A stretch of DNA of 64,000 nucleotides from Octopus vulgaris (lineage: Eukaryota). Positions 26,301 to 38,419 of this stretch are shown one piece after another. The notes beneath the pieces were generated by a model. The model made no database searches. It was not told where the DNA came from and saw nothing but the letters and a program-made list of their open reading frames with translations. Made by a program: the position numbers and the translations under genes. The stretch spans positions 98,890,001 through 98,954,000 of the forward strand of contig OX597817.1 of assembly GCA_951406725.2 (NCBI GenBank), in the 5' to 3' direction. The number at the start of each line of letters is the position of its first letter. Position 1 is the first letter of the stretch.

Positions 26301-26350
26301 CATCACATTCCCTATCTCTCTCCTCTTTACCTCACTGTTAGTGACTTAGT
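23350..26350 (-). mobile_element. Near full-length decayed RTE-clade LINE (second family): APE + RT
   Basis: VVLGDLNA, NESGRRLL, WMDYILI, SDHFLV; KGKGDKYECGNFRGISLL, EEQCGF, FKHLGS, LYGAKTW, LRWFGHIERM, RGRPR. Confidence 0.88.
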
Positions 26351-26679
26351 CTTTGAGCTTCCTCATTCTTTTTTTCCAGCATGGTTTATTTCCCTGAGTC
26401 TCTCTAGCCCTAATTCTGAAATCACTAACTAGTAGCTTATGTTGGAGTGTACACTCTTCACTTGTAAAAGACTTCACATTTGTGAGCATCGGCCTATCTT
26501 GTTACCTGGTGAGGAGGTAATCAACCTGGCTTATGTTCCCACCAGACTGATAAGTGATTAGGTGATTGGCTGGTTTTCTGAAGTTAATGTTACAGATGTC
26601 TTTTTAGGAGTATGAATTTACTAAGCGAAGAGGATTCCCAGCCCCCTCACTCCTGCCCCTTTTAGTCGCTGCCCCTTTG

Positions 26680-26945
26680 TGTCGTTAAATTTTCCCATTG
26701 AGGAAAATGGAGAAGGCGCCAGCAGGCGGCCACAGCTATGCAGCCGCAACTGGAAGAGGAGCAGAGGAAAGAACACTAGAGACTTTTGAAATAAAAGTCG
26801 AAGCCAAGAGAATGAAAGCTTGAGAGAAGCTGCTGAAGAAGGAGGGTGAAACAATAAAGTTAACGCCACCCAAAGAGCTGACAAACAGTGTAATAAAGAA
26901 AACGGTGACCTACAAGACCATGAAGGTTGCCACAAGGAAATACAG
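26680..26945 (+). mobile_element. 5' fragment of a Tx1/L1-like ORF1 element (direct repeat of 27380-27645)
   Basis: About 260 bp highly similar to 27380-27645, with ATG at 26707. Confidence 0.75.
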
Positions 26946-27408
26946 CGACAACATTCTACCAACCACCCACCAGTCACAGCAGGGTTTGCTAGTTAACCCA
27001 TAGCTGGGATCCTTACAGGTGCTACCACTCTGGGCCTGAGTAGAACTGGGAACAATAGTGGCTAAGAGGTGATTCCATACTCCTCAAACCCTGGAACCAG
27101 GACCCCAGGGTTCCACTACAGGATGTAGATTATAGTCATGGTTGTAGTACAAGAACCATGGACAGTTATAATTGAATTAAATTTAAAAATCCAAAATTTT
27201 ATTTGGTATTTTTCAATTACAAAAATAAAAATATAAAAGAAATACTGTGACCAATTTATAATTTTACAAATTCACAGTGAGTTGAGTTATTGAAGCTGAG
27301 TTATATTTGTGAGTAGAACGTTAAAATTATTGTTGATTATTGCTGTTCGTTGATATCATTGTTAATATTGTTAAATTTTTGTGTTGTTAAATTTTCCCAT
27401 TGAGGAAA

Positions 27409-28835
27409 ATGGAGAAGGCGCCAGTGGGCGGCCACAGCTATGCAGCCGCAACTGGAAGAGGAGCAGAGGAAAGAACACTAGAGACTTTTGAAATAAAAGT
27501 CGAAGCCAAGAAAATGAAAGCTTGAGAGAAGCTGATAAAGAAGGAGGGTGAAACGATAAAGTTAACGACACCCAAAGAGCTGACGAACAGTGTAATGAAG
27601 AAAACGGCAACCTACAAGACCATGAAGGTCACTACAAGGAAAATAGAAATAGCAGCAGTAGAGGAAATTGAAAAAGTGTTGGAAGGCATTAAAAAGGTGA
27701 TAACCTTCAAAACAAGAGGCAGAAGGTATGCCACTGTGGATGTGCGATTCATATCGGAGGAGGAAGCAATAAGACATGCAACAGAGGCAATTCGTTCAGA
27801 CGAATGGATTCTTTTGCCATCGTATTGCGGAAAACGTGTGGCGAGAGTTCGGGTAGGTCAAGTGCGCCCTGAGCTGGAGGAGGCATGGCTAAACACAGCC
27901 ATTATGTATAACATGAAGGGGCCAGAATACTGAAGGCCACCAGAACAAATAGGCTGGACTACTGGGGCTATGGATCGGAATTAACAATCCAGGCAACAGT
28001 AGAAAACCTCAATAGAATAACCAAGGAGATAGTGTTGCCTGACGGTTTCTCACTAAGAATGAAGGTGGAGGGCAGACTGCCTGTGTGTTTTGAATGTGGC
28101 GAAAAGGGACACATGACGGTGAGATGCCCACAGAAACAACAGAGAGAGATTCAAGAAAATGTCGAACAGGCAGTGCTGGTCGAGAGTAGTGAAAAAACAG
28201 TGGAAGAAGGTTTCACGATAGTGGAAAGAAAAAGAAGGAGGAGCAGTAGGGTAAGCCCACCACCAACTAACCAGAAAAAGAAGAAAGAAGAGGTAGAAAG
28301 GAAAGATGTAACAAGAAAGAAAGATGATAAAAGTAAGACGGAGGAGGGAAGTGAAAAAATAATTAAGGTGTGTGACAATGAGCCAGAGAAGGAGGAAGCA
28401 AGGATGAGGACGACATATGATTTGGCAGAAGTTTCAGGAACTCAGCTACAAGAGGGTGAGATGGAGAAACTGTATACAGTGGAGATGGAGAAGAAGAAAG
28501 TTCCAGCCTCAGAGAAGAGTATAGGTTAACCTATATTGGGAGAGGAAGAAAGGAGAAAGCCTAGAGGAGGGAAGAAACAGTGGAATTTTTTTACTTATTC
28601 AAAAAACAAGGAAGTGGAGAAGGAAATCGTGAAGTTCAAGAACATCATAAGGGTAAAAATTCCCAGAGACACGTACCCTGAGAGAGTGAAGGACTTGGTG
28701 GTCGATAAGGTAGCCTACGAAAAATTTAAAGATAAGTGCAGGGATAGAATTGACCCAGGCATAGCGATAGTGGAGTTCAATGAACTGCCACCAGTAATCG
28801 ATCTGATAGAACTGGAGCAGTATATGAAGCGTTAA
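27409..28835 (+). pseudogene. Tx1/L1-like ORF1 (gag-like, CCHC zinc knuckle), disrupted
   Basis: MEKAP..SYAAA...; CFECGEKGHMTVRC; GFTIVERKRR. Homologous to the ORF1 at 35180-36213, which is attached to a Tx1 RT. Confidence 0.7.
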
Positions 28836-29020
28836 AAAAAAAGGGGGGGGGGAGAAAGGAAAATGTATTTTTGAAGAAACAATGATAATTAATGAAAAAG
28901 AACCAGATAAAATAACAAGACTGTAATAGCAGTGTGTAAAAACGTTCCAATGCATGAGGAGTGGGGCCCATGCAGCCATTTCATTTTTCATTATTGTATA
29001 ATATTCATTCTCATCCGTTT

Positions 29021-31480
29021 TAATAATAATGATAATAATAATGAAATTATTGTATACAGTGCTCAGGTGCACCACAACTTGTCAGAAAGTGCATATAAAG
29101 TACATGCAGTAATGTAGAAATGTCTGGAAAGTGAACATGCTTGTGTGTGTATGGAGGGGAGAAAATCAAGTGTAGTGTTGGCGAATCTCAGGAAGCATGG
29201 AAGTTTTGAAGGATGCAGTGCTCCGACAACTAACAACCGATGCCGGCAGTTTGTTCCACGCTTCAGCAACTCTCAGCGTGAAAAAATGTTTCCTGAAGTC
29301 ATGAGAGCTGTGCTGTTTTCTTACTTTGTAAATATGTCCACGGGTGTTAGATGGGTGGAGTTTGAAGAGGTGCTCAGAGTTATTGTTTGTGCGATGGTTG
29401 ATAATTTTATGGGTGTCTGCCAAGTCAGCTGCCAGACGTCGGAGTTTCAATGTGTCCATGCCCAGGGAAGTAAGGCGTTCAGGATATGGCAAATGCCTGA
29501 TGGAGGGTATTCTTTTGGTTGCACGTCGCTAAACAGCTTCCAGACGATTGATGTCCTGGGCAAGATAGGGGTTCCAGACCGGTGATGCAAATTCCAGGTG
29601 AGGTCTTACCATAGCTATATAAAGTCGCAGATAGATAGCTGGAGAGCGGCTCACAAAGGATTTGGTGAGTGATGCCAAGACACCCTCAGCCTTCTTGGCA
29701 ATTTTAGTAATGTGTTTTGTCCAACGCAAATCACTGTCGACAATAACACCCAGGTCACGTTCACTTGAAGACTTTTTGAGACTAGTGTTGTGGAGGGAGT
29801 AGGTGGACGCTGGGTTTCTCCTCCCAAAATGCATGGTGGTACCTTTGTCCACAGCCAGCTTGAGTTGCCAGTCCATGATCCACTGCTGCATTGTGTCCAG
29901 GTCTGCTTGCAATAGAGATCCATAGTGTACAGGATTTGACCTCTTTATTTCGAGGTACAGCTTGATGTCATCTGCATATTTCAGCACTGTGGCATTCTTT
30001 AAGTTGGCATCTATGTCATTAACATATGCAACAAATAAAAGGGAGCCAAGAACAGATCCCTGCGGCACACCAGATGTCATCTCATAGGGCGAAGAGTGCT
30101 GTCCTAGAACTGTGACAACCTCTTTTCGGCCGAAAATAAAGGACTTTAACCAGTTATAGAGTTCGTCTCTTACACCCAACGCAGAAAGCTTCACCATAAG
30201 TCTTTTGTGTGACACAGAGTTAAAAGCCTTAGCAAAGTCCAGGTAAACAACATCCACCCAGGATCCGCGATCAGTGATTTGGGTAACGTCCTCAAGAAAC
30301 TCGATGAGTTGATTACAGCAGCTGGAGTTAGGAATAAATCCGAATTGTGATGGCTGGATGAGGCTGTGAGACTTCCAGAAGTTCCAGAGGGTTTCTCTGA
30401 TACAGGATTCCATCAGTTTGGCGATGCAGCTAGTAAGACTGATGGGGCGATAGTTGACAGGCGATGTGCGGTCGCCTTTTTTGAACAGAGGCATGACACT
30501 GGCAGTTTTCCACTGTTCTGGAGTAACACCATTGTCAAGACAGAATTGGAAGAATAGAGAAAGTTGGCTTAGAAGAAAGTACCCACCGCGTTTGAGAAGT
30601 AAGTATGTAACACCATTGAGACCAGGAGAGGCATAATTGCGTTTATTCTTTAGGTGGCGTTGCAGCATTGCTGGTGTAAATTGCATAGAAGATATAGAGT
30701 CCGATGTCAGTGGTGATGATGATGGAACATTTTGGTCTTCGACAGTAAAGATGCCGGCATAGCATCCAGCAATGATTTCTGCACATTCTTCGGGATTGCC
30801 AGTAATCTGTCCTGTGTGGGGATTGCGAAGGGGACCAACAGGAGAGTGGGGTCTCTGCTTTGAGTGCACATACTTCCAGAACCCTTTGCTGTCAGGGTTA
30901 GCTGCAATGCGTTGTTCAAATTCAAGCACTGCCTTTTTTGTTACCTGCTTGAGGTGGTTGGCTGACCTATTGCGCTTTTTCCTGTTGCTCTCTGATTTGT
31001 GCAATTTGTATTCCCGTTCAGCATTACGGCATTCTTTCCTGGCAAGTCGGACTGCTGCAGTCTCCCAAATTGCACTATTGGGTGGTTTTTTGTGCTTGCA
31101 TGGTACTGATGCTGCACATGCTGCCCATATTGAATTCAGAATGTTCTGGAGTATAGTGTCCACATCTCCAGAGGCATAAAATTCACGCCAGTTTGGGCGT
31201 TGCAGCTCCGTACAATAAGAGCTCCAGTTTGCTTTATTCCAGTCAAAGCGGGCAATCTGAAGATGGTTGTGTTTTTTGTTACAACCAATCAGAGACAAGT
31301 CGGCCATGATCATGGAATGATCAGAGTCACCCAAAGGTTCTTCAGTAGCGACACTAATGATTGTTTCAGGAGAAGCAGTAAGTAGCAGATCCAAAGTGTT
31401 GTTACCCCTTGTGGGGGAGGTAACAACTTGGGACTAATTCGAATTCAGCACCAGTTCAAGGAAATCGTCTGCATTTTTAT
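29021..31480 (-). mobile_element. CR1-group LINE, 5'-truncated, with (ATT)n tail
   Basis: Endonuclease end (LDLLL, LGDSDH), RT and C-terminal RKHFFTLRVAEAWNKLP. TAA-repeat tail at 29021-29042. Confidence 0.92.
29529..31394 (-). CDS. CR1-group ORF2 fragment (APE C-terminus + reverse transcriptase), 621 aa open, frameshifted into 29166-29492
   Basis: NYRPISLTS, QFGF, VYLDFAKAFNSV, SGVPQGSVLG, KYADDIK, ERDLGVIVD, RPHLEFASPVWNP. Confidence 0.85.
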   Translation of the reverse strand: MDLLLTASPETIISVATEEPLGDSDHSMIMADLSLIGCNKKHNHLQIARFDWNKANWSSYCTELQRPNWREFYASGDVDTILQNILNSIWAACAASVPCKHKKPPNSAIWETAAVRLARKECRNAEREYKLHKSESNRKKRNRSANHLKQVTKKAVLEFEQRIAANPDSKGFWKYVHSKQRPHSPVGPLRNPHTGQITGNPEECAEIIAGCYAGIFTVEDQNVPSSSPLTSDSISSMQFTPAMLQRHLKNKRNYASPGLNGVTYLLLKRGGYFLLSQLSLFFQFCLDNGVTPEQWKTASVMPLFKKGDRTSPVNYRPISLTSCIAKLMESCIRETLWNFWKSHSLIQPSQFGFIPNSSCCNQLIEFLEDVTQITDRGSWVDVVYLDFAKAFNSVSHKRLMVKLSALGVRDELYNWLKSFIFGRKEVVTVLGQHSSPYEMTSGVPQGSVLGSLLFVAYVNDIDANLKNATVLKYADDIKLYLEIKRSNPVHYGSLLQADLDTMQQWIMDWQLKLAVDKGTTMHFGRRNPASTYSLHNTSLKKSSSERDLGVIVDSDLRWTKHITKIAKKAEGVLASLTKSFVSRSPAIYLRLYIAMVRPHLEFASPVWNPYLAQDINRLEAV

Positions 31481-32014
31481 GTTTACTGTCCCCACTGTGG
31501 TGTTGTGTCTGTCCTTGTAGTGTCCCCTCTATGTTGGTGCCCTGAGTGCCAAATAAAGAAATATTTACAAATTCATGGCTTCAAATATAATTTAAAATAT
31601 AGTTTGATTTTGTATTAAGAACTATATTTGGATTACCGTATAATGTAATGAATTTTATACAAAAGTGTCATGGATTGCTACAGAGGAATTACCAAGAAGA
31701 CATGTGAATTTCAAGACTCTCATACTATAGTATATGCACTTTTCACATTTCTCAACTAATCTACATGAACTATACTGGAATGCAAGATAATATGACAGAT
31801 ATTGAGTATGAATATTATGGATTTTTGCAGAAGAGTAACCAAGGAAATATATAGGGATTTAAAACTCTCATCAAAAGTAGTAATTTTTAATTTTTATTTT
31901 ACATTTCAAACAAACACTATTTTACAAACATCTTTCTACAAACACCATTTCACAATTTTAATTCAAATTTTAAAAAAAAATATCATTCAATACATTATAC
32001 AATATTCATATTTT

Positions 32015-32108
32015 ATATCTCTGAAGAGCAGATGGGTTGTCTATAAGTGCTTATCAATATAGGACTTCATTATAAGGACAACCCTTTTGCGAAACGATCG
32101 TAAAATGC
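32015..32108 (+). ncRNA. Minimal hammerhead ribozyme motif (Penelope pLTR type)
   Basis: CTGAAGA (32021-27); stem II GCAGATGGGTTGTC/GACAACCCTTTTGC; GAAA (32091-94); palindromic ACGATCGT; GTA triplet. Stem I is degenerate. Confidence 0.65.
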
Positions 32109-32293
32109 TTAAAAACTTAATTCAAAACTTTTAAACTTTCAAATTTATTTTATACATCATATTTAGATTTTTAATATTCATTTATTTATTTATATATATT
32201 TTTAATACATAAAATCTTTCATATGGGTATATCTTTGTGAAAAATTCGATATTGATTTCCTTATATTAGTAATAATAATATATTATTAAAAAA

Positions 32294-32657
32294 CTAGCAC
32301 TATGACCCGGCAGCACTGGGTCATAGTGCTAGTGCATGCATAGACAGCTGCGTGCATGCACACATACACACGAGTACTGTCCAAATCTCTGACCAATCAC
32401 ATATAGCTAGCTGGCATTCAATTGGCGTATCAAGTTTCGGGCATTTTGATTGGGTTTGGGATAAAAAATTCACAAAAAGTCACTTCTATTGATTTTTTTA
32501 ATGGCTTTGCAGGGTGACTGGGGAAATGTAAAGATGTGCACGACCACCCTTGGACGGTTTTGAATGACCATAGAAAGTGCAAGCCCTCTAACTGAAAAAT
32601 TGTGGATTTGTATAAAGGACACGCACACAGACATTTTGCCGTTTATATATATAGAGA
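32294..32657 (-). mobile_element. Non-autonomous Helitron
   Basis: Minus strand starts TC and ends CTAG with hairpin CTAGCACTATGACCC...GGGTCATAGTGCTAG. Inserted between A and T with no TSD. Confidence 0.75.
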
Positions 32658-32758
32658 TATATGTATATATTGCTCATATTAAATATATAAATACTTTAAT
32701 AGTATTAATATTATTTTATATAATGGAGCACTTAATATAAATTCAGTATATAATATTC

Positions 32759-32760
<2 letters not shown>

Positions 32761-32790
<30 letters not shown>

Positions 32791-33142
32791 TTAGCGTCCG
32801 TTCTCCATGCTAGCATGGGTTGGACGGTTCAACTGGGGTCTGTGAAGCTGGAAGGCTTCAACAGGCCCAGTCAGATCTGGCAGTGTTTCTACGGCTGGAT
32901 GCCCTTCCTAACGCCAACCACTCCGTGAGTGTAGTGGGTGCTTTTTACGTGCCACCTGCACAGGTGCCAGACAGAGCTGGCAAACGGCCACGAACGGATG
33001 GTGCTTTTACGTATCACCGGCATGGGGCCAGGCGAGGCTGGCAACGGACACGAACGGATGGTGCTTTTACGTGCCACCAACACGGGGGCCAGACAGAGCT
33101 GGCAAACGGCCACGAAACGGATGGTGCTTTTACGTGTCACTT
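32761..33142 (-). mobile_element. RTE-type 3' UTR/SINE tail with a ~61-bp minisatellite
   Basis: (CAT)n at 32761-32789; about 3.3 units of GGTGCTTTTACGT...CACGAACGGAT at 32937-33140. Confidence 0.8.
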
Positions 33143-33225
33143 ATTGAATATATTTGCCTAATGATTTATGTACAATATTATTAATATGTAATTCTTATTC
33201 ACACAGTGTACCTTTTTCATTTTTT

Positions 33226-33268
<43 letters not shown>

Positions 33269-34199
33269 TTTTACTTTTATATACATATATTTATTGCATA
33301 TCTTCTACTTTTTTATATTTATGTATAATTCTTATTTACATTTGCAAATCATATACCGTAACGTTTTTTTTAATGAGCCACTCCAAGTCGGTCACCAGAG
33401 TGATATTTGATCACTTTATAGAGTGTTTGAGTGTTGGTTTGGTGTCTGGAATGGGATAGCTTACCTCATAGGCAGCTAGAAGCTCTTTAACCTTGGTTGG
33501 TAATCTACCTGGAAGGAAATCTCCGAAATAAAACCCGAGGCCTTGGAAGTTCCTGGTTTTGTCAATTTCCATGTCACACCGGTGAAAGTCTTCTTAGGCC
33601 AATAGGTTGGGAGAAGTGCAGTGCGAGCTACACCCACTGAAAGTTATTCAGCTGCACAGGTACTTCCTGTACTCCAAATTTTGATAAAATCATTGAATTG
33701 GTTGGTTTGCATCTGATGCTATGATGGTGCTAAGATATAAGTACAAGAGGTGGTCAAACTCTGCATAAGGAACAGACAACCACCATACATACAGACACAC
33801 ACACACACATATACACATATAAAATATACTGCTTTATTTTGAGATACCCAATATTAACAATACTCGCAAAGAAAATACAGACTGGAGTTGTAGTGCTCCA
33901 AGTGAGCTATATTCTGTTTAATAATCTGAATGGAGGCAATGCAGGCGGAAACTAGAGGAACATAATTAATAGCCCCACACAAAATCAAATATATATATAT
34001 ATTCTTCTACATTTATAAAACTGATATAAAAATTCCAAATATAAAAATACATATAAATAGATAAATATTGCTATGATACATAAAACACAGTAAATTTTAG
34101 ATTTAAAAGTTACAATACATTGATGTAATAAAATTTGAGATGATAAAACATTAAAAGGATGTACTAAAATATCACAAAAATATTACAAACATTTAAAAA

Positions 34200-36215
34200 T
34201 TCCATCTACTGGTCGTATCAGAGACGTGCCTCAACCTCAGCGCATGCTTTCGCATAAACAGCTGAGGCATCCCTAATCCACCTTTTAATGGCTTTTGACA
34301 GCAAATAGAACGTCTTACAAGTGGAGTGGAGTTCTTCCACAAAAAGCAAAAGATTTACCTCTCCAACTTGCTCGACCACGAATTTGGACAAGGAACAACA
34401 GTTAGGTGGTAAATGATGACCAATGCGATAAACACATTATCCACCTCTGCCCTCCCTTTCAAGGATAGCCCCTGCCAAGACCAGGTCTTGACTAAGTAGG
34501 CCACCTTGCTCGATACCTTAGACCAGTTCTTTTCTATTTAGAGATCTGGACCAAACCAGATTCCTAGCAACTTATGCAGGCCCTCCATCCAGCATCCAAC
34601 GACGCTATTCGAAGGCATCGACTTGCCCCTCCAGGTGCTAAGTTGCAAGCTGACTGATTTTTCCCAATTAATTTTCACTCCTGCCACTGTCTTGTAAAAC
34701 TTGATGGTATTGCCTACTTTCCGTAGGAGGTCCATCTTGGTCAGGATGATAGGGATATCGTCCGCATACACTGTAACCAATCCTCCACCTCCTGAATTCG
34801 TCAGGAGGCCACTCAGCTTTCGCAGTAATGGCTCGAGAGCCAATACATATAAAAGCGGAGAGAGCGGACACCCTTGGTAAACCGACCCTTTGATGCAGAA
34901 TGACTTTGAAATGAAAGCCGTTCACCCGAACGATCAAGTCAATGTTGTTATACAACTGTATGATCCACCTGTGGAAACCAAGACCCAGTCCAAATTGTGC
35001 GAGAACAGAATCCAGGTAACGATGGTCCACCCTATCGAATGCTTTAGCCAGAATTATTACCATACCCTACTACGGTATAGTGTATAAGATGCAGATTATC
35101 CTGCCGGGAACCGCACAGGTTTGTGCTTTCCCGATCAGGCAATCCGCAACACGCATCAATCTTTTTGCTAGCACCGCTTTTCCTTTTTTTTCTGGGGAGG
35201 GTGGCTTCATCTTCCTCTTGTTCTGTACCAGAGACCACCCCTCCCCTTCTGTTTCTTCTGGCATTGGTGTTGCTTGCAGGACAACGTCGTTGGTTCTTTC
35301 TCTACCAGTTCCTTCTCCACATCTTCTTTCTTTCTCTCTGCTTCTTTGGGCTTACAGTCTGCCCTGAGGTGGCCCTTCTTGCCATACTGGAAGCATTGAG
35401 GCTGGTGACCCTCCACCATCACTACTAGATGGGTCTCACCAACCTCGATAATTTCTGTAATCTCTTCTAGTGTGATTTGTTCCACTTGTATGATAATTTG
35501 AATGCTTTGTCCATGCCAGTTGCGTGGTTCCATCACAGCAGCATCTAATATCATAATTTTATCCTCCAAGCCCAGTGTCACTGCTGCGACAAGCCACCCT
35601 GGGTCCACCTCAGGGGGGATATTTGTAATGCTAATTCACAATGATCTTCTACACATATATATGGGTAGAAGCATCACTTTTTCTGTTCTCACTGGGTCTA
35701 CAAAATGGAGCCAGGCTTCCTCTTCCGACACCATCCTGACCTCTACCATTGCGAATCGTCTTCCTCTTGATATGTATTTTATTTTCTTCCATATTGGTTT
35801 GAGGCATTTTTCAATTTCAGTCTCCACAACATAGTCAATCTTTTTTTTCTTTAACTTTATGTTTTGAAAATTAGAGTTGTCTTCTCCAACTCTTTCTGTA
35901 TACTCTTAGGAGGGACCACTATGGTTTCATGTCCCTCCCTTGTTAATAATTTTTTATGAACCTCCATGTTATTCAAGTTGATTTGTCTTACTTTTGCACC
36001 CACCACAGCAGTGAAGTCTGTTTCTTTTCTTTTTCTTTTTTTCTCTTCAATTTTTACCTTTGTTAGAAGGCTTGGTACATCAGTATTCTTTTTTGTGGTT
36101 GGCGACTTCATTATTTTTGGTTCCTGTTTTCTGTTTCTCTTTGTTAGCAGACTCTCTTCATCTGAATCTTCTTCCAGTTTCAATTCGACAATTTTTTCTA
36201 ATATTCCCTCCATCT
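34200..36215 (-). mobile_element. Tx1/L1-like non-LTR element with an internal deletion (ORF1 joined to mid-RT)
   Basis: ORF1 KYISRGRRFAMVEV...CFQYGKKGHLRADC; RT VLAKRL...KAQTCAVPGR, AKAFDRVDH, LEPLL, YADDI, KINWEKS, KLLGIWF. Confidence 0.8.
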
Positions 36216-36429
36216 AGACATCTTGTTTCTTTGGGCTAGCCATAATGCTGTACAAGTTGGCTCCAAGTCTCACCCAGAGACCTCAAGAGATAACAGGCTG
36301 GAAGTTCATGTTGTTGTTATGCCTAGTGTGCCATATATTTGGGGGGAGTTTTTGGTGTTGTACTAATGAATGTCTAAAAAAAAAAAATTAATTTTTTTTT
36401 TTAAACCGAAAATTATGTTTGTTTTAAAC

Positions 36430-37378
36430 CTTGAGATTACATAGAAAGTATTTTGCGTAGGCTATGAGCAGTTCCCATGAGCACTATCTTTTGAATTTCT
36501 GCCATTTTGGGGTTTCCTGGTATCTGAGTTAGGTAGCTATCAGCCCCTTTTGCTATCATTCCCAGGGCACCTATGACAACAGGTATTGTTTTAGTCTTCA
36601 GGTTCCACATTTTGCTGATTTCTATTTCAAGATCTTTATATTTGCTCAGTTTTTGGTAGGTCTTGACAGATACGTTTATATCGATTGGGACAGTCATATC
36701 AATGAGGAGGCATGTTCTTTGTTTGAAGTCTTTCAATATGATGTCTGGCCTATTTGCATCTATCTTTCTGTCAGTTTGAATGGTGAAGTTCCAGAGGAGT
36801 GAGATGTGGTCATTTTCAAGCACTGGGGGTGGTTTGTGTTCCCACCAGTTTTTTTCATGGGGCAAATCCAGGTTTTTGCAGATTACCCAGTGAATATATT
36901 GTGCAGCTCTATTGTGTCTGTTGAGATACTCTGTAGGCGCTAGAAGACTGCACTTGGAGATCACATGGTCAATGGTTTCATTTTGTTGCTGGCATACACG
37001 ACACGTTGGACTGCTTCTGATCTTTAATATGTTGGCCTGGTAGTTTCTTGTTGGTAGGCATTGATCTTGAGCTGCTATGATAAACCCCTCTGTTTCAGAT
37101 TTTAAGTCAGGGCTTTGTCAACATCTGCATTATTTGCTCTCTTTGGGTATTTGCCATAGAGAGGTTTTTCTTGCCATTTATCATTCAGAATATCTAAGGC
37201 CGCAGATTTAGCACGGGTTTTCATGTGCTTAGCTTTTTCTGTGCCTGTTTCTTGTATGTCTATCTCTAATTCTGAAATTTGTTGTATTCGGAATTCACTT
37301 AGACATTCCTTTGCCTGTTTTGTTACTGAGTATGATGCTTTCTTGTTTTCATGTTTTGAGACAAGTTTTAACATCCCG
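36430..37378 (-). mobile_element. R4/Dong-like non-LTR element, 3' part (CCHC + restriction-like endonuclease)
   Basis: CRVC...ETIDHVISKC, YLNRHN, ANRPDIIL, LIDMTVP, KLSKYKDL, PVVIGALG. Confidence 0.88.
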
Positions 37379-37559
37379 TCTCAAAACTTGTCTCAAAACA
37401 TGATAATATTATTATTATTATTATTGTTATTGTTATTATTATTATCATTTGTATTATCAATCATTCTTATACTCCTTTCACATTCAATTTCATAAGGTAT
37501 GCTATTTCTATTACTACTATCATCAGTGCCATTAATGAATTTCTCATTATCAGATTTAA

Positions 37560-38405
37560 TGTTCTTACCAAAATTATTATTATCATTTTTTATCATTACA
37601 GTATCTTATTGTATTCCTGTTCATTGAAGCAATAATAGACCCAAGATTGGGAGTGACCGAATAAGCTAGCTTTATTGAAGATTTATTGCATATTGAGTAA
37701 TATTTATAATGATTTGGGAAGTTTTCTTTCAATAATTTAAAGAATAATCTTCATAGACCTTTCACTCTTAGTGAAAAGGGAGGGGCAAACCAAATAACCT
37801 GACAAACCCTAGATTTGGTCGTATAAGTGAGCTTACAATATGTTGTTTGACTTAGTTTGCCATATGTAAAGCTATTCACGTTTTTATCTTTATTTATATT
37901 TTTATTTTTATTTTCCTACTTATCTCCACCATCATTTGATATAAACCTAACTTTATAATTCTGTTCATATATATAATTCTTATTACTACCAACTCTACAT
38001 CGGTTATTATCCCTATCATCCATGGTATCCACATCAGTACTATTTTTATTATTATTACCTTCATTTTCAACTTTATCTCCTTTATTCCTATCACTGTTAA
38101 ACTTCAGTTTATCGGCACAAACATTAGTCATCATCGATTTAACGTGAGCTTCTAGGGTATTGACTAGAGAGTTTCCATTATCCGAGATCTGTTTCTTATC
38201 ATCCATGATGCTGGCTAGTTTTGTTTTTAATTTTGTATTGTGTATATATTTAATATTATTAATAAATCCACTTAATTTTAAAGCATTATTATAGATAGGG
38301 GCATATTGATCAAAAATGTTTTCATTAGCTGATAGGTTTGAGACTCTAATGGATATTGCAGTCACTATGCTATTGATGGTTGATTTAGGATGATTGGAAG
38401 GTACA
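37560..38405 (-). mobile_element. Penelope-like element, 3' fragment with N/D-rich low-complexity inserts
   Basis: PSNHPKSTINSI, RVSNLSANENIFDQYAPIYNNALKLSGF, VIWFAPPFS. Confidence 0.75.
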
Positions 38406-38419
38406 TTGATGTATTCGAT

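Noticed and set aside
23350-26350. Idea that this purine-skewed RTE family was horizontally transferred from crustaceans
   Set aside because: An impression only; it cannot be supported without a database search.
32937-33140. Regularly spaced repeats resembling a CRISPR array
   Set aside because: The spacers are homologous to each other, the context is a eukaryotic retroelement tail, and there are no cas genes.
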